This document shows, in pieces, positions 61,481-64,000 of a stretch of 64,000 nucleotides of DNA (position 1 is its first letter; each line of letters begins with the position of its first letter). Made by a program: the position numbers and the translations under genes. The DNA is taken from NCBI RefSeq assembly GCF_006345805.1, contig NC_043002.1:75020001-75084000 (forward strand), in the 5' to 3' direction. Source of the stretch: Octopus sinensis (lineage: Eukaryota). Below the pieces are notes generated by a model. That model saw only the letters and a program-made list of their open reading frames with translations, had not been told where the DNA came from and did no database searches.

Positions 61481-63479
61481 TTTAATAATAATCATAATCA
61501 TAGACTGAAGCAGTTGATATCCAAACAATATATCACCACCACCACTACCATTATTGTTTTATGTTCACTTTCCATGCAAGCATGATTGGATGGGTCACTG
61601 TTGCTCTCCTAGATGAAATTTTAATGAATTTTATAAATTTCTCCTGTTTGGATATCCTGATTTCTTTGCTCATATGAAACCAATAAAGAAAAAAAAATGC
61701 AATTGTTAAACACGCATATGAACAAATCCTTACAAACAGATGCATAAAATTGCTTTGTGTGTGGTGTGTGTGTGTGTGTGTTTGTTCGTGTGGTAGTCAC
61801 TTCTATAAGTTACTATATCTGACCCAATGTACTTAGTTAATCTATCTTAGAAAGATGTTTGGCAAAATTGATTCTGGTTCAATTAGAACTCAGAAATACG
61901 AGGTGTCAATTTATATACTGTAAAAAATGAAGATTAATTGGATATAGATGTCCCTGTAATGTCTACCGATACCGCCTCCTCTTGCTCTGTGTGTGTGTGT
62001 GTGTGTGTGTGAAATGAATAATTCTCGAGATAAATTTGATTTCAGGATCAAGTTGTTTGATCTTCTGTTTGTCAATGGCTATGACATTGCTTCTACAGTA
62101 ATTATTATTACTACTATTACCATCACCACCTTCAGTCCCACTTCTATCACTGTATACAATGGAGTTTGTCCAATTTGTGTTGTCTAAACTGCTTTTGTGA
62201 AAGTGCTTGCAGTCAGATTTTGATGTCACACACACTGCAATGTTTGCTTAATCTTCATTCTCGGTTGTTTATACTTCAAAATTGAGAATATATCAATAAA
62301 AAAAAGAAAGCAATAATAATTAGAGAAAAATAAAACCAAAAAGATAAAGAATTATGTTGTGTGAGGAAATGTCTTTGATAAATTGCTGTTTTCTCACCAA
62401 ATATACTGCAGGCTATCAATTTGAGAAAGTGGGTATTGAAAAGAAACAATTAACACTTATCTATTTTTAAATCTATTATATTAATAATTTCTGACTCTAT
62501 TTGATTTATTTTTATTTATTTCTCTCTTCTTTATTTAAAAAAAAAAAATTTTTTTTTCTCTTGCAATATATGAAAAGTATCTAGTTAACCTCTTTGCTAA
62601 TGGAAAAATTTTGTGATTTTCTACCAATTAACACTCCTTCCTTTTCTTTCCCCTTCCTTCTCCCATCTTCATCTCTCTCTCTCTCCTCTCTCTCTCTCTC
62701 CCCCCCTCCCCTTCAATTCATTCTTACTGTTTTTATCTTTTCTCTCCTCCCTCAGTTATCTTTCTCTCTAATTTCCTTGTTTCTCTCCATCTCTCTCTGT
62801 TTCCTCTCTTATCACTAATGCTGTTGCTTCCAGACAAAAAGTTTTGATCAATATATATTCCCATGTTGTTGTTACTGTGTAATGGTTTATTATTTCTTTC
62901 ATTAAACTGGTCTGCAGCATTTCAATTCTGCCTATCTATTTTCTTCTGCACACTTCACTTCACCTAGCTTTAATTCTCTCTGTATCATTCCATTGTTTCT
63001 TAATACCTTAAGAGTCTTTAGAAGTTACTGGTCTGCAATGTGTGCACTGACCAAACTTAGCAAATACTATAGATGATCTGTGAATGAGCAGGTACAGTGT
63101 GATGTTTCTGCTCAATAAATTGACAAGAAACTCTTGAATCCTCTCAAGCTGTTGGCAATCACTATTGTTCAGTGGTGCCTGAATTTCTCCTTTGTGTATT
63201 GCTTGCTAACAAGACAGTGTGTTCTTCTCAAGTGTTTGCTATCTGACATTTACTTTGGCTATGTCACTAACTTTTAATATCTACAGACCCTGTAATAGTA
63301 CAGTGTGTTTTTGTAACTATTTAAGTGCATTTCAAACATAGATTGTATACACAAACAGTTGGACCTAATTCGTTGCTTGAGGTTGTTGTAAGCTAGGTTA
63401 ATCTCTAATCCTGTTCATGGAGATTCTCCAGTCAATCTAAGTGACAAGGCATTGCGTTTATTCCCATTTCGTACGATAG

Positions 63480-63529
63480 ATCTGACCGATCGACCAAGGA
63501 AAGGTCGAGGAAGGAGATGTTTAAATTGA
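63480..63529 (+). other. Candidate short exon, (D)LTDRPRKGRGRRCLN*
   Basis: Six CpGs in 63455-63510 within a CpG-poor window; acceptor TTCCCATTTCGTACGATAG; purine-rich body; not repeated elsewhere in the window. Confidence 0.35.
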
Positions 63530-63894
63530 ATACACTTCTGTTTCTTAGTCACATTAGACAATATCTCTCAAGAAAATCTTCAACAGATAAATATATCTGC
63601 TTTTTAATATAGTTTGGCTTTATTTATTTAATTCTGAATATATTTCAGGTATTCTTCCTTTCTGAATACATTTCATTCTTATCTTTTTAATTTTATTTCA
63701 GTCATTTCATTCTTCATATTTCTTACCTTCTCTGTGTATTTAATCACTGTCCCTTTTCTAATTAATGCATTTTCTTCATTCGTTTAATATTATTATTTAT
63801 TCTTTTCCTTCCTCTCCCCACCTTTCATCTTTTATTTATTCACCTTTTCTGACTGTTCCTTTGATCATTACTTAAATGAAGTAAATAATCACCA

Positions 63895-64000
63895 GCTGTT
63901 GCTGTGTGGTAAGAAGTATGCTTTCCAATCACATGGCTTTGGGTTCAGTCCTACTTATCTTCTGCTATAGACCTGGGTCAAGCAAAGCCTTGTGAATGGA
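63895..64000 (+). mobile_element. SINE family B head (runs off the window end)
   Basis: GCTGTGTGGTAAGAAGTATGCTTTCCAATCACATGGCTTTGGGTTCAGTCC...CAAAGCCTTGTGAATGGA. Confidence 0.8.

Noticed and set aside
61993-62187. 64-aa ORF ending CPICVV as a prenylated or membrane tail
   Set aside because: Not a CaaX motif, and the central part derives from ATT/ACT/ACC triplet repeats.

Overview
AT-rich, CpG-depleted, microsatellite-dense animal DNA. The SINE families and repeat landscape look like a coleoid cephalopod, most likely Octopus (recognition and inference, not a database result). I can support no intact host protein-coding gene, and almost all listed ORFs are translations of microsatellites. Long T/CT/GT tracts and several strong splice acceptors on the + strand suggest the window lies in the long introns or 3' region of a + strand gene of unknown identity. 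Recognisable content is mainly mobile DNA: piggyBac-derived elements with TTAA target sites, a Tc1 transposase relic, a hAT MITE, a hAT transposase fragment, a Helentron-type non-autonomous element, CR1-group and RTE-type LINE relics, a Penelope-like (GIY-YIG) relic, and many copies of two tRNA-type SINE families. The most notable signal is a set of unrelated short fold-back elements (16.9, 27.7, 34.0 and 38.1 kb). Each consists of an inverted partial copy plus a longer tail. Three carry decayed minimal type-I hammerhead ribozyme cores, and one also has a tRNA-like Pol III B-box at its centre, which suggests a Penelope-dependent, hammerhead-bearing SINE or retrozyme system. Ribozyme activity, exon usage and novelty were not tested and remain hypotheses.
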